Positions 14,301 to 29,300 of a stretch of 64,000 bases of DNA are shown here, piece by piece. Position 1 is the first letter of the stretch. Each line of letters starts with the position of its first letter. The stretch comes from Antedon mediterranea (Eukaryota > Animalia > Echinodermata). Made by a program: the position numbers and the translations under genes. The notes below the pieces were generated by a model. It searched no databases. It saw only the letters and a program-made list of their open reading frames with translations, and was not told the DNA's origin. The stretch is taken from assembly GCF_964355755.1 (NCBI RefSeq), contig NC_092671.1, forward strand, positions 40,496,304 through 40,560,303. The letters are read 5' to 3'.

Positions 14301-17300
14301 CTGTAGCTGTTTTAAAATGTGTGGATTTTCTATGTAATAAATCAGTTACAGCAGAGAACTATTTCTTTATGCTACAGAAATCATTACTCTGTTATTGTTT
14401 GTTGGATCAAACGTACAAGGAACAACCAGGTGTATTGGTGTCTGAATAATTACAGCCATAGGGTATTTAAGGGCAACACATTTTATTGATAACACCATCA
14501 ATTTCTAAAATGTAAATGTTGAATTAATTTTGTAATATATAGCTTTTAATGTAGCTTAAACAGTTAAAACATTAGTAACACATTAACATTTGATTAGTAT
14601 GATGTAAATAATATTAGTTTTCTGTAACCATGAACATTTCAGATCAGAAACTTAAAATAGAACATTATATAAAGAAGGAACATAATACATGATCTACCTA
14701 AAACAAAGAAAATAATATACAAGTTTCTTTTTTAATCATAGCTGTTATGAATTATCATTGTAATTATTTAAATGCTTATAAAAATGTTTAAAAAAAGTTT
14801 AGTCAGTTTCCAATAACCAGAAATGCATGCATGCAATTATGGATTTAAAGTCAGGAGTAGAAGAAGTTGTTATGAAAATACAATATTCGAAATGTACAAT
14901 ATTCACTAGATATTGAACAAATTCAATTTTATTGCCTTGTACAGTCTACTCTCCCAATACCGGACTCTCCGAAAAACAAAACCAGACTTTTCCTGAGGTC
15001 CAAAATGTCCCAAATTACCATTAGAAACTGCATACCAGACTATTCAGAAAACCGGACATATTAGGTTAGTCCAAATGTGTCCGGTATTGGGAGAGTTAAC
15101 TGTATATGTAGATACAAGGAACCATTGCCTCCACCAAATGTTACATTAAAGAACCTTGGTTGTACTCCCATGGCATCCAGCTCATATTCAGAAAGCAGTA
15201 ACAAGCAATAATGTTTTCCCTTAATGTTGTTATTTAAGCATGCAAATGCTAAACGTCTCCAAAGTATGTTACTCACTGTTTTTTCTTGTGCGATATTTCT
15301 GATTGGATGAAGCTAATAAACAAATGCATGAAAACAAAAATGAGCATGCTCAGTAAAGCCTCAGTGGCTATCCCATCATGCCACTGAGATTGCTTGACAA
15401 CGTGCTGGCATGGTAACTTCATAACAGTACTATATGAATATCATAACGTGTATATAGTCCAATTATGAATGTATTGCTCAGCAAAACATGGGGATAAATG
15501 CCGTGCAATGTAGCTACATATGATGTAAAGGGGAACATGATGATTTTAAATAGTGAAAAAAAAAACAGGGGGAAAATTGACAATGATAAATATAATTGCT
15601 ATTAATATTGACATAAAAAGAAACTTACATTTTGAATAACATAATACTTACTAGCAATGGCGGCACCAAATGCATGACCTGAATTTAACAGTCTGTTTTT
15701 TAGTGTTGTCCTACCAACCCCTTGTGCACCAATTAACACTAACGATCTTCGTTGGAAGGGTGGCATTCTCTCAACTTCCTCGTATATAGGGATGTCATTT
15801 TGATCAAACTCATAATTCTTTTTTGTTGAATATATCTTTGATTTCCTTTTCTTTGACATAAATATATCAGTTATTTTTTCTATTAAAAAAACAATTTAAA
15901 GGAACTGTTATAAGTTCTTCAATTCATATCATATTTAGTAGGATGTGTTCCATGGTTCACATACTAATACAGCTGTAACTTAATGGTTGCCTTTCAATCC
16001 CAGAGTTCAATGTTCAATCCTGACCTAATTGAGGTTTGCAACTCACCACTGTTTCTACTCTCTAAAGCTAATAAAGTTTGATAGTGTGGACAGGGCTTTT
16101 AGCCTCAAATGAAACTTATAATTGGCCATAATGCAAGCATTGCATGCAAAGAAACTGCCACCTACTGCCACCAAGTTATGTTTTATATTTTATTTATCTG
16201 CTATAAAAATGTTTAATGACTAGTTATACTGTAATTATCTTTAATGATAATTATCTGAACAAAGTTTCACAGGCTACAAATTCTTACTTTTACTAGTTTT
16301 TGAATTGTTTTGTTTAGGAACAAAAGCTCGCCTTCTCTCCTGTAGCTCCTGGCTTGGAATTAACCCTGCAGAATGCTCTGATCCAACAACAGCAGCCTTG
16401 CAATAAAACAAAAACATTATTATTATGATTTAGATATGTAACAATCGTAATATGAGTCTAATTACACAAAAGCATAACAACTTAAATAGAAACTTGAAGA
16501 TTGTACATAATAGCTCATCACATAGCATCCCTAAGGCCATTATGCTAATAAATAAAATGTTTGTATTATACATGAATTATTAATGTAATAGAATAAAGTT
16601 ATAGACACTATGTAGTTTCATGATTCGTGATGTAGAAGGTGTATTTGTTCAAATTATAGTTTTGCATAATGATCACTACTATGTTTGATGTTATATCAAT
16701 GATTTGATGAACAAACTCTTTACTATTATACTCTATGCCTAAAACTAACATTTCTGGTTGATGGGAAGAAAATTGATGGTGTATACCAGCAGGCTTAAAC
16801 ATTACACATAATATGTGTAGCACTTGATGCTGTATACCAGCAGACTTAAACATTACACATAATATGTGTAGCACTTGATGCTGTATACCAGCAGGCTTAA
16901 ACATTACACATAATATGTGTAGCACTTGATGCTGTATACCAGCAGACTTAAACATTACACATAATATGTGTAGCACTTGATGGTGTATACTAGCAGGCTT
17001 AAACATTACACATAATATGTGTAGCACTTGATGGTGTATACCAGCAGGCTTAAACATTACACATAATATGTGTAGCACTTGATGCTGTATACCAGGAGGC
17101 TTAAACATTACACATAATATGTGTAGCACTTGATGGTGTATACCAGACTTAAACATTACACATAATATGTGTAGCACTTGATGCTGTATACCAGCAGGCT
17201 TAAACATTACACATAATATGTGTAGCACTTGATGGTGTATACTAGCAGGCTTAAACATTACACATAATATGTGTAGCACTTGATGCTGTATACCAGCAGG

Positions 17301-20300
17301 CTTAAACATTACACATAATATGTGTAGCACTTAATGCTGTATACGAGCAGACTTAAACATTACACATAATATGTGTAGCACTTGATGCTGTATACCAGCA
17401 GGCTTAAACATTACACATAATATGTGTAGCACTTGATGCTCCTGTATACCAGCAGACTTAAACATTACACATAATATGTGTAGCACTTAATGCTGTATAC
17501 TAGCAGGCTTAAACATTACACATAATATGTGTAGCACTTAATGCTGTATACCAGCAGACTTAAACATTACACATATGTGTAGCACTTGATGCTGTATACC
17601 AGGCTTAAACATTACACATAATATGTGTAGCACTTGATGCTGTATACTAGCAGGCTTAAACATTACACATAATATGTGTAGCACTTGATGCTGTATACCA
17701 GGCTTAAACATTACACATAATATGTGTAGCACTTGATGCTGTATACCAGACTTAAACATTACACATAATATGTGTAGCACTTGATGCTGTATACCAGCAG
17801 ACTTAAACATTACACATAATATGTGTAGCACTTGATGGTGTATACTAGCAGACTTAAACATTACACATAATATGTGTAGCACTTGATGGTGTATACTAGC
17901 AGGCTTAAACATTACACATAATATGTGTAGCACTTGATGCTGTATACCAGCAGACTTAAACATTACACATATGTGTAGCACTTGATGCTGTATACTAGCA
18001 GGCTTAAACATTACACATAATATGTGTAGCACTTGATGGTGTATACCAGCAGGCTTAAACATTACACATAATATGTGTAGCACTTGATGCTGTATACCAG
18101 CAGACTTAAACATTACACATAATATGTGTAGCACTTGATGCTGTATACTAGCAGGCTTAAACATTACACATAATATGTGTAGCACTTGATGCTGTATACC
18201 AGGAGGCTTAAACATTACACATATGTGTAGCACTTGATGCTGTATACCAGGCTTAAACATTACACATAATATGTGTAGCACTTGATGCTGTATACCAGGC
18301 TTAAACATTACACATAATATGTGCAGCACTTAATGCTGTATACTAGCAGGCTTAAACATTACACATAATATGTGTAGCACTTGATGCTGTATACCAGCAG
18401 ACTTAAACATTACACATAATATGTGTAGCACTTGATGCTGTATACCAGCAGACTTAAACATTACACATAATATGTGTAGCACTTGATGCTGTATACCAGA
18501 CTTAAACATTACACATAATATGTGTAGCACTTGATGCTGTATACCAGCAGACTTAAACATTACACATAATATGTGTAGCACTTGATGCTGTATACCAGCA
18601 GACTTAAACATTACACATATGTGTAGCACTTGATGCTGTATACCAGGCTTAAACATTACACATAATATGTGTAGCACTTGATGCTGTATACCAGGCTTAA
18701 ACATTACACATAATATGTGTAGCACTTGATGCTGTATACCAGCAGACTTAAACATTACACATAATATGTGTAGCACTTGATGGTGTATACTAGCAGGCTT
18801 AAACATTACACATAATATGTGTAGCACTTGATGCTGTATACCAGCAGACTTAAACATTACACATAATATGTGTAGCACTTGATGGTGTATACTAGCAGGC
18901 TTAAACATTACACATAATATGTGTAGCACTTGATGCTGTATACCAGCAGACTTAAACATTACACATAATATGTGTAGCACTTGATGGTGTATACTAGCAG
19001 GCTTAAACATTACACATAATATGTGTAGCACTTGATGCTGTATACCAGCAGACTTAAACATTACACATAATATGTGTAGCACTTGATGGTGTATACTAGC
19101 AGGCTTAAACATTACACATAATATGTGTAGCACTTGATGGTGTATACTAGCAGGCTTAAACATTACACATAATATGTGTAGCACTTGATGCTGTATACCA
19201 GGCTTAAACATTACACATAATATGTGTAGCACTTGATGCTGTATACCAGCAGACTTAAACATTACACATAATATGTGTAGCACTTGATGGTGTATACTAG
19301 CAGGCTTAAACATTACACATAATATGTGTAGCACTTGATGCTGTATACCAGCAGACTTAAACATTACACATAATATGTGTAGCACTTGATGGTGTATACT
19401 AGCAGGCTTAAACATTACACATAATATGTGTAGCACTTGATGCTGTATACCAGCAGACTTAAACATTACACATAATATGTGTAGCACTTGATGCTGTATA
19501 CCAGGCTTAAACATTACACATAATATGTGTAGCACTTGATGCTGTATACCAGCAGACTTAAACATTACACATAATATGTGTAGCACTTGATGCTGTATAC
19601 CAGCAGACTTAAACATTACACATAATATGTGTAGCACTTGATGCTGTATACCAGCAGACTTAAACATTACACATAATATGTGTAGCACTTGATGCTGTAT
19701 ACCAGCAGACTTAAACATTACACATAATATGTGTAGCACTTGATGCTGTATACTAGCAGGCTTAAACATTACACATAATATGTGTAGCACTTAATGCTGT
19801 ATACTAGCAGGCTTAAACATTACACATAGTATGTGTAGCACTTAATGCTGTATACCAGCAGGCTTAAACATTACACATAATATGTGTAGCACTTGATACT
19901 GTATACCAGCAGGCTTAAACATTACACATAATATGTGTAGCACTTGATGGTGTATACTAGCAGACTTAAACATTACACATAATATGTGCAGCACTTGATG
20001 CTGTATACCAGGCTTAAACATTACACATAATATGTGTAGCACTTGATGCTCCTGTATACCAGCAGGCTTAAACATTACACATAATATGTGTAGCACTTGA
20101 TGCTGTATACCAGGCTTAAACATTACACATAATATGTGTAGCACTTGATGCTGTATACCAGCAGACTTAAACATTACACATAATATGTGTAGCACTTGAT
20201 GCTGTATACCAGGCTTAAACATTACACATAATATGTGCAGCACTTGATGCTGTATACCAGCAGACTTAAACATTACACATAATATGTGTAGCACTTGATG

Positions 20301-23300
20301 GTGTATACTAGCAGGCTTAAACATTACACATAATATGTGTAGCACTTGATGCTGTATACCAGCAGACTTAAACATTACACATAATATGTGTAGCACTTGA
20401 TGCTGTATACTAGCAGGCTTAAACATTACACATAATATGTGTAGCACTTGATGCTGTATACCAGCAGACTTAAACATTACACATAATATGTGTAGCACTT
20501 GATGCTGTATACTAGCAGGCTTAAACATTACACATAATATGTGTAGCACTTGATGCTGTATACCAGCAGACTTAAACATTACACATAATATGTGTAGCAC
20601 TTGATGCTGTATACTAGCAGGCTTAAACATTACACATAATATGTGTAGCACTTGATGCTGTATACTAGCAGGCTTAAACATTACACATAATATGTGTAGC
20701 AGATAACACTTTCTGCTATAATTTGCTTTCTACTATTCTTTGTCTAGCAATCTTTTCTAAGTAAACTTGTTTATACCATGATAAAGCATGCTTTATACGT
20801 GAACTTTGAAGAGACCCACATTAATTATTGATTAATCAATACTGCATCCATCAATGACTTTTGGATATACAGTTAGTATGTGTTAGACAATAATATTGAC
20901 TCACTATACTATGCATGTGTATTGAATGTGATTGTACTATAATCTACTGTATGGAAACAGAATAATGTCAACAATCCACTATGAGAATAGCAATATCTGG
21001 TCTAACAATATCATTGATGAGCCGCTCATCAACATAACAGGCGCCAGATTTATCAAACTTGCTTAGCAAAAAAGTCGTCTTAACTTTGCCTTAAATCCTT
21101 GATTTAGATTTATTAATATATCTAAGCAAAAATATTTGCTTAATTATATCTTAAATCTAAGACGAACAACACCCTGCCTAAAGGCCAATTTACACAGACG
21201 AGCGGTAACGGTAAGCGGTAAAGTTGAGCGGAAAACGCAAAAATAGAATCTATGTTATTTCTTATGACCATTTACACAGAACGCGGAGCAGACGAGCGGA
21301 AATCCGCTCAGGATCGAAACAGATTCGATTTTGTGAAAATACCGCGCAGTAATTATGGATTCTTGCCAACCAACGACATGATTGAAATGACGTCATCTAT
21401 CAACAAATTTTTTTTTGCGTCCGTCGAGTGAAAGACGACAATAAATACGAGTGCCGTTAGTAGGCCTAGCCTATAGTTTCTTCTTCTTTTTATTCAGAAA
21501 TACAAACACCTACGACGTGACTAATGTTCGTATAAGGATAGTGAAAAGAAAATATACATTTTAGTACGTTATTAGGCAACAATTCCCTCTAAAACTTAGG
21601 CCTGTGTGTGCTAGGCCTACTGACAGTCAGTCACATCCAGGCCAGCAGTGACTGTAACATGCATTAACCTCGAGGCCTACACGCACCTACTTTCCACCAC
21701 TCTGTTCGCGAACTCCGCGCGCTGTGTAAATGGGAAAAGCCACGCGGTTTTTCGCTTACAATTACCGCTTACCGTTACCGCTCGTCTGTGTAAATTGGCC
21801 TTTAAGATGAAAAATTTTGTCTTATCCTACTTCTTAAATATTTCAGCTTAAGCAAAAATATAAGCAAATATTGAATAAATGCAAATCTACCTCCCTACAC
21901 CTTTCTCCTACCCTGTCATAACACACATTAACCTCCCCCTTCAAACACCAATCTTCTAACCCTTACATACCTGCCACCAATTTGCATCATCTTTTTCTAC
22001 AATTTGTAAGATATCTCCTGATTTAAATGCCAGTCCAGCTTCTCGACAAGGAATCAATTTATCTTTACTCGGATCAAAACTAAAATGAGCTTTAATGTAA
22101 ATCTGGATAAGAAATCAAAATGAATTAGCATATAAAATATATTAGTGAAGAAAAATTGCATTTTTGCTTTCAATTTTTTATTTTCTATTTCTGGTGAAAA
22201 TCCTTCATTATCTGAATGTGTTTTTTTTCTGGTCAGTATGTTTCATGGTTTAATCCTTATAGGAATGCAAACTACTTGCCTTTAGGCAGTTATATTCAAG
22301 AGGACGGAAGCATTAGGAAGCTATATCAAACGGAAACTATATTATTACAGCCCGACAGATTTGAAAATTTAGTAATTTGTAAGATCTTTTTTTACTACTA
22401 CTTACCGGTGCAGGTGAAACAATATCCTGGTAACTTGGAATAATCTTTAACATGATGCCTCCAGCGGAATTCTTCATCTCTTGTTGAAGTGCTTCAGGAT
22501 CATTTGTTACATCTCTCCCATTTATCTCTTTTATAACATCTCCAACATTTAACAAACCTAAATTAAGTAAAACAAATTAGAATCTACAATTCATAACTCA
22601 TATGTAATTGATGTGTTTTAACAATTTTTTAGCATGGAGAGCTGATTTGATAGTGCTTAGCATGGCAATTCACAGGGTGTTGCACCTCTGCCTTGTGTAT
22701 AATGATGTTGATTGAAAAATGTACCGGAAAATGTAACTATTTTGTAACATGGAGAGCTGATTTGATAGTTCTTAGCACTTATGGCAATCCTCAAGATGCT
22801 GCATCTCTGCCTTGTGTATAATGATGTTGATTGAAAATTGTACCGGAAAATGTAATCATTTCGTAGCATGGAGAGCTGATTTGCGTGACAATCCTCAGGG
22901 TGCTGCACCTTTGCCTTGTGTATAAAGCTTGATTCCCACTAGAACGTAACGCAAGGACGTAAACGCAACGCAAGCGTTTTAATCAATGACAAGCGAAGTT
23001 ATAGACAGTTAGCAATCACAAGCGAATAAGCCATCGCTTGTGATTGGTCAATTCACTTGCGCTGCGTTACGTCTTTGCGTTGCGTCGCTAGTGGGAACCA
23101 CGCTTTAGGTTGTCTGATTTGCAGCAATAAAGAAATTGAATTGAATTGAAAATTGTACTGGAAAATGTAATAGAATAAATGTAACAGTACTGTATACGTA
23201 TCATCAATAATAAAACCTTACCTTGCTTATCTATCATGCCTCCTTGTAAAACCTTACCTTGCTTATCTATCATGCCTCCTTGTAAAACCTTACCTTGCTT

Positions 23301-26300
23301 ATCTATCATGCCTCCTTGTAAAACCTTACCTTGCTTATCTATCATGCCTCCTTGTAAAACCTTACCTTGCTTATCTATCATGCCTCCTTGTAAAACCTTA
23401 CCTTGCTTATCTATCATGCCTCCTTGTAAAACCTTACCTTGCTTATCTATCATGCCTCCTTGTAAAACCTTACCTTGCTTATCTATCATGCCTCCTTGTA
23501 AAACCTTACCTTGCTTATCTATCTATCATGCCTCCTTGTAAAACCTTACCTTGCTTATCTATCATGCCTCCTTGTAAAACCTTACCTTGCTTATCTATCA
23601 TGCCTCCTTGTAAAACCTTACCTTGCTTATCTATCATGCCTCCTTGTAAAACCTTACCTTGCTTATCTATCATGCCTCCTTGTAAAACCTTACCTTGCTT
23701 ATCTATCATGCCTCCTTGTAAAACCTTACCTTGCTTATCTATCATGCCTCCTTGTAAAATTCTAGAAATAACCACATCACCATCTTCCACCTTAAGGGTA
23801 ATGCCCTGAAATAAATCGTAAATAAATGTAAAAAAAATAACACATAACAAATATCATAGTAGCCTGACAGCCAACCAAGCTACCACCATCCTCATCACAT
23901 CATTTAAATGGACTGATTACCTAAATACCATTATGATTCTGTTTTCTACCAGTCCTAATATTGATGGCATGAGCTAAAAAAATCAAGGATCTCAATACTG
24001 TTAGTGTTACTGAAATTAATTACCCTAACCATTTTGGTGACCCAAGCAAGACGTTGTAGGCCTACAGTAGTTACACTTACCAAGGGTTCCGAGTCTGTTT
24101 TCCTGACACCAACCATTCTGATGGCTTGACCTGTCGGGTTGTAGGCTGACAATGGCTTTCCTTCTAATGCTGGGTAAGAATTTCTATCATATGCTTTTAT
24201 TGCAACTAGGTCATGTGATTCCATCAATGACTAAAATGAATTGTTAAATTTGAAATTTATTATACAAACATTATTGTGTGTGTCAAGAAAAAGAGATTGG
24301 CATGATTGGATGTACTATACAATAGTGTGCATCAATTACTAACAGTAAAGGCTTAACTTCTTTTAATTGGTCTGTACTTATTGAGTAAATGGATTAAGTA
24401 AACACTCCCAGGTTACTTACATGAAAATTAAGGTCTTGGAGAATGCCAGCTAATTCTGCAGCGTTGTTGCTGGAAGCTATCAAGGGTTCAATATCTTCCA
24501 TCACTTCTCCTAGTAATTCTCTTGATTTTGTTTGGACCGGGGTCAACGCAAGATCTTCCAACCTGTCATGAGCCTGTTAAAATTAAATTAAATAAATCAA
24601 AGGGATGAAATAAATGAAGAGACGTACAAAAAAGATGGTGGACATTTAGAGGTTTGATTTCTAGTGAACCTTTTATAAGATAATTCATTTTAAAAATATA
24701 CAATTAAAATTACAATTATAATATAAAATCTAGAATATCCAAAAATGGCAAAAAAGACAAAGTATATTACCATGGCAACAATGACTAATAACATTATCAA
24801 GATGTAAATAATGCTCTTAAGGTAATGAGAGCTTTGTATAATTATCTCATAATTGTCATTATAAATATTATGCTTAGAGAAAATCATAATCAGGCCTGTT
24901 GTTTACATTACAACCATGACAAACAATAGATTAATCAAGTGTTGCTAAAATGTACTTTCTATAAATCATCATAATTTCTTAATAACTTGATTATTTGGCA
25001 CTTTTTGTTATAACCATGATAAACAATAGATTTAAATCATTAAATCATAATTTCTTAATTACTGTAGAGTAACTTGATTATTTGGAATTTTCTGTTAGAA
25101 ACAATTGTTGTACATATTATATTTATCACCATACAAACTAAAGTATTGCTTTTACATTATCACAAAATATCTCATTCACATTAACCAAGCATACTACACA
25201 ATACTGATGAGCTTTTTGTAATACAAAATATTTATACATCGATTTTGAGTATTTTATTACACTGTTACAGTATAATAAAGAATGTATTTATTGCAAAATG
25301 ATATCAATGTCTTTATTGTTTATTTTGCTCTAATCTATTGTTTGGTTTATTAACATAATTTGATATAGCTTTATATATATTCATATTGTTTGTTTGAGTG
25401 GAACACAGAGAGACCATTATTTTGATAGTGCTTAGCACTCATGGCAATCTTCAGGTTACTGCACCTTGTCAAATAGTTGTATTTGTAATAATAATAATAC
25501 CATTTGATAGTGCTTAGCACTCATGGCAATCTTCAGGTTGCTGCACCTTGTCAAATAGTTGTATTTGTAATAATAATAATAATAAGTAAACAACATTTAA
25601 ATACTGTGTTAATAATAATATACTACTAAACCCATCAAATTTGATTTTAAATTATTAAATTATACTGAATGGAAAAAAGCAGTATTGAAAAATTATTAAA
25701 ATTTCTAAACAAAGAAAAACATGAAACAACTTTTTTAATTAATTTGAAGAAACTTATATAAATGATATAAATTTGCTATGCATGACTGCTCAGGTTTTTT
25801 TGCATTTTTTTACATTTCATTACACTTTATGCAACATTGATTCTCATCTGAAGGTCAGTAAATGTCAAATTCAAAATCTATTTTTAGATATTGAACAAAA
25901 ATGGCAATGGCTAAAAACCCCTAGTAGTAAACAACTAACCTGTAGTTTCTCATCAAATGCATTATATTGACATGCTATCACAATCAACATCTTTAAATTT
26001 AAGTTTTTTAAAAAGAACAAGTTAACAGCATCATATAATAGTCTCAATCCAAATGTTCTGACTAAAAATAAAGCTGAAAATGATTTGGATCAATAGTTTA
26101 AAATAAAAAGGAATTTGATTGGATAGTTATGGGGACGTATAGATTAGTAAAAGAAACTGACTGTGTAGTTTCACCTTGATACTGTAGTCCCATGGTCATG
26201 GCCCCTTGCTGAAGACTGATCAATAGTGCACAATGTTCTATAAACTAGTATGAAGGAAATGCTGGGAATAATGTTGTCCACAGTATTTCTACTGCTGAAT

Positions 26301-29300
26301 AAATAAATTCAACACAATTTCATATACTTCTATAATAAGTATACTACTATTCTGTTTCAAATCAGTTTTCACCAAAAAAAAAAATCCAATAAAAATGTGT
26401 ATGAAAATATTTTGAGAATTTAAGATGTTACAAAAAGTAGGGCAAAAAATTAAGATAATTATGTTGCAGAGAAAAGCATTAAAATTGATCAGCTGCTTGT
26501 ACAATTACTGTTTGACTTGATCAGTATGATTACAGCTGCTTGTACAAGTACTGTTTGACTTGACGTCATAAAAGTACATAAATCTAAGATATTTATGAAA
26601 TGATATCTTGTATTAAGTATGAATGGTATTTTGAATGAGACACATGATATAGGCAGCAGTGTGCTAGGTTAATACATGCAACAGTGACTTAGTTATAAAT
26701 ATCTACATCATGATTATTTATACATTCTGAATCTGGTAGCTACGGTACTGTACAAACGCCATCATATACTGTAGGCTATCAAATATAGGTAGCGCTCCAA
26801 TATGGGCCTAGCTAGTTGCAATTACATTTTTATGTGGCCAAGCTTAGCGGTCCGGTCAATGTCCAGTGCGTCTAGTTGGGTCTTGAAATTAGTCAGAGTT
26901 AGTGCACATCTAGTCTAGTCAGGTAGAGCATTGCATTCTGGTACGATTCGTGGATATAGACAATGAAGGTAGTAGTAGTAGTACTAAAGAATTGCACTGT
27001 TTTTTTAAAATATGGATTATAATTTTTAAAGTAGATCAGCTAACACATCATTACAACCATATGCTACCAGGGAGGCTACTGAGGTCCATGATTCTTAAAC
27101 GCAAAATAATGTGATAAAAGTTCGTTATTAACATAACTATATACTGTAGCTGCTTTTGTTGATCAAATATACAATAAATGAAGAAGAAGTATTCCCAAAT
27201 TGTCATAATTTAAATTCTGAATAATTATCAATTTAATAAAATATGAGTTGTGAAAATTGTGAGAGCAAGCAAGCATAGAATAATAACACACTGAATATAA
27301 ATAGATGCAGTTCCTTAAATGCTGCATTATTATGTATTAATATTGTGTATGATAATGTTATATATTTATGTTTGTATTGTTTGGTTTTTTTTATCCTTTC
27401 AATGCTACAAATTAAGATTTTCTAATTTTAGAATTTAATTTGACTTTATTGTATTAATGATACCAACATTTTATTAACTTTCAATTGATCATCGACAAAA
27501 TAGTCTCCTTCAAACCGTAAGATTTTTAGACCTAAAATAAAGTAATTTTCTAAGGTATAATAAATATGATAAAGTTTGAAATTGTAGCAATTTATTGACC
27601 AATTTCAATACAAAGATGTTAACACAAAACATTTTTAGGCCAATTTTATAATTAGTATTTATTAATAGCTTATTCATAATGATATAAGTACAATAGGCCA
27701 AAATGGCTATATCATAATAGTTAATTCATAATTACTAGATGGTACGCTCGCTTCGCTCGCGTACCATCTAGGTCATGCCCACAGATGGTTCTCGAATACA
27801 TAATAATTTCAGCGTTAAAAAACTGGCGATTTGAAATGTACGTACCGCAGGACAATAATATTACATGTCGTGTACAGGAACGAATAAATAGACAGGGTTG
27901 AGTGATGGGGAAGAGGATGGGTGCAAAGAGGAACAATGTTAAAATATATTCTTTATCCATTTAGTAACGAAATATTAATTGCTTTCATGTTTTACAAATA
28001 ATATACCACTAAACACAGTAAAACATTGCGATGTAATACTTTGTTGAAACTATCACCGTCCTAGTCGATTGAAATAGTACAGCACATGTAACGATACATC
28101 ACTACGACGTGTATATGTTTATAATATAATGTAAAACAATTTGTGAAAACCACCTCTATTCGGGGAAAATCATAAATTCGATTTAATCGTCAATAAATAT
28201 TAAATTATCTAACTCAACTTAATTAGTAGGCCTAATGGTTTTCAATTGTTTCTTAGAGCCAATTCATACTTAAGTTGGTTCCTACCCTACCCACCAAAGT
28301 TGTTCTGCGTTTAGGGCATGTGATGCACCGTAGGCCTATTCTCTACTGGTTTTACAACGCTACTCATGCCAGTGAGGGAAAGGTGATGATGTGGGTGGTT
28401 TAACTGCAATAATAAAGATTTGTACATAATATACGGCGAGTGAAAACGCTAGCTCATTATCCGTTTAAAAAAAAATTATATCCAACCTCTGCAGCACAGA
28501 TTGAAAACAAAAATGGATCGAATTTCGAGTATACAGTACTGTACTTGCCTTTACGACGCCTGAGGGAATAGACACTTGTGAAACAGAGATTGGAATGTTC
28601 CATTTATCGCAAATCAATACATTTGTATAATCGTATATTAAATCTATCAAAATAGTATTTTTTTAAGAAAATCGGCCTGTCTTCAACATTATGATGCTGT
28701 ACTCTAGCTGTTCAACCAGTTTTCAGCTATTAAAAACAATTATCGTAGGAGGAGATAGGAAAATGCGAAGCCTCCTCGTATTTTTGTGGCGGGTATTTTT
28801 CAAGATGGACATCCATTAGACAGTGTATACCACGATCGGAAAACACCCCTATTTGGGGCAAATCGTTGAACCTAAATTCGTTTTAATCGTCAATAACTAA
28901 TTACCTAACTCAATTTAATTAGTAAACAGGGTTACATCAGATGGTTAAAATCAGTACCGAAAGTATGAACCAACTTTATATACCATCGAGTAGAAATTCT
29001 AGAAATAAACCGAGATTTACCGAATTTTGCCCTTACGTAAATTTATATATAGATGTGTAGGCACAATAGGCCAAAATGACTATATCAATAGCTAATTCTT
29101 AATTATCTCTTGAGAGAATGAAAGAGAAATCATTGATTAGAAATCAAATGAAAAATTAATCTATTCATGTATGAAAGACAAAGGTCATAGGTCATCACTA
29201 CTTTTACAAGGATCTCTTGTATGTCAGTACACAGCAACTTTCATTGTTAAAATATCATATTGCTTGTCTTAATAAACAAACAAAATAACAGTACAACAAA

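Noticed and set aside
16608-20681. Long repetitive ORFs (240-486 aa) as protein-coding genes
   Set aside because: They are translations of a 51-bp intronic satellite with sporadic in-frame stops and no unique coding flanks or clear splice sites.
16773-20701. CRISPR-like array (palindromic repeat with regular period)
   Set aside because: There are no unique spacers and no cas genes, and the context is a eukaryotic intron. The same applies to the 106-bp arrays.
23236-23809. Plus-strand ORFs ([12 protein letters not shown])n and ([12 protein letters not shown])n
   Set aside because: Antisense readings of the 36-bp splice-donor array.
26205-26240. Second hammerhead (CTGAAGA)
   Set aside because: No stem II followed by GAAA.
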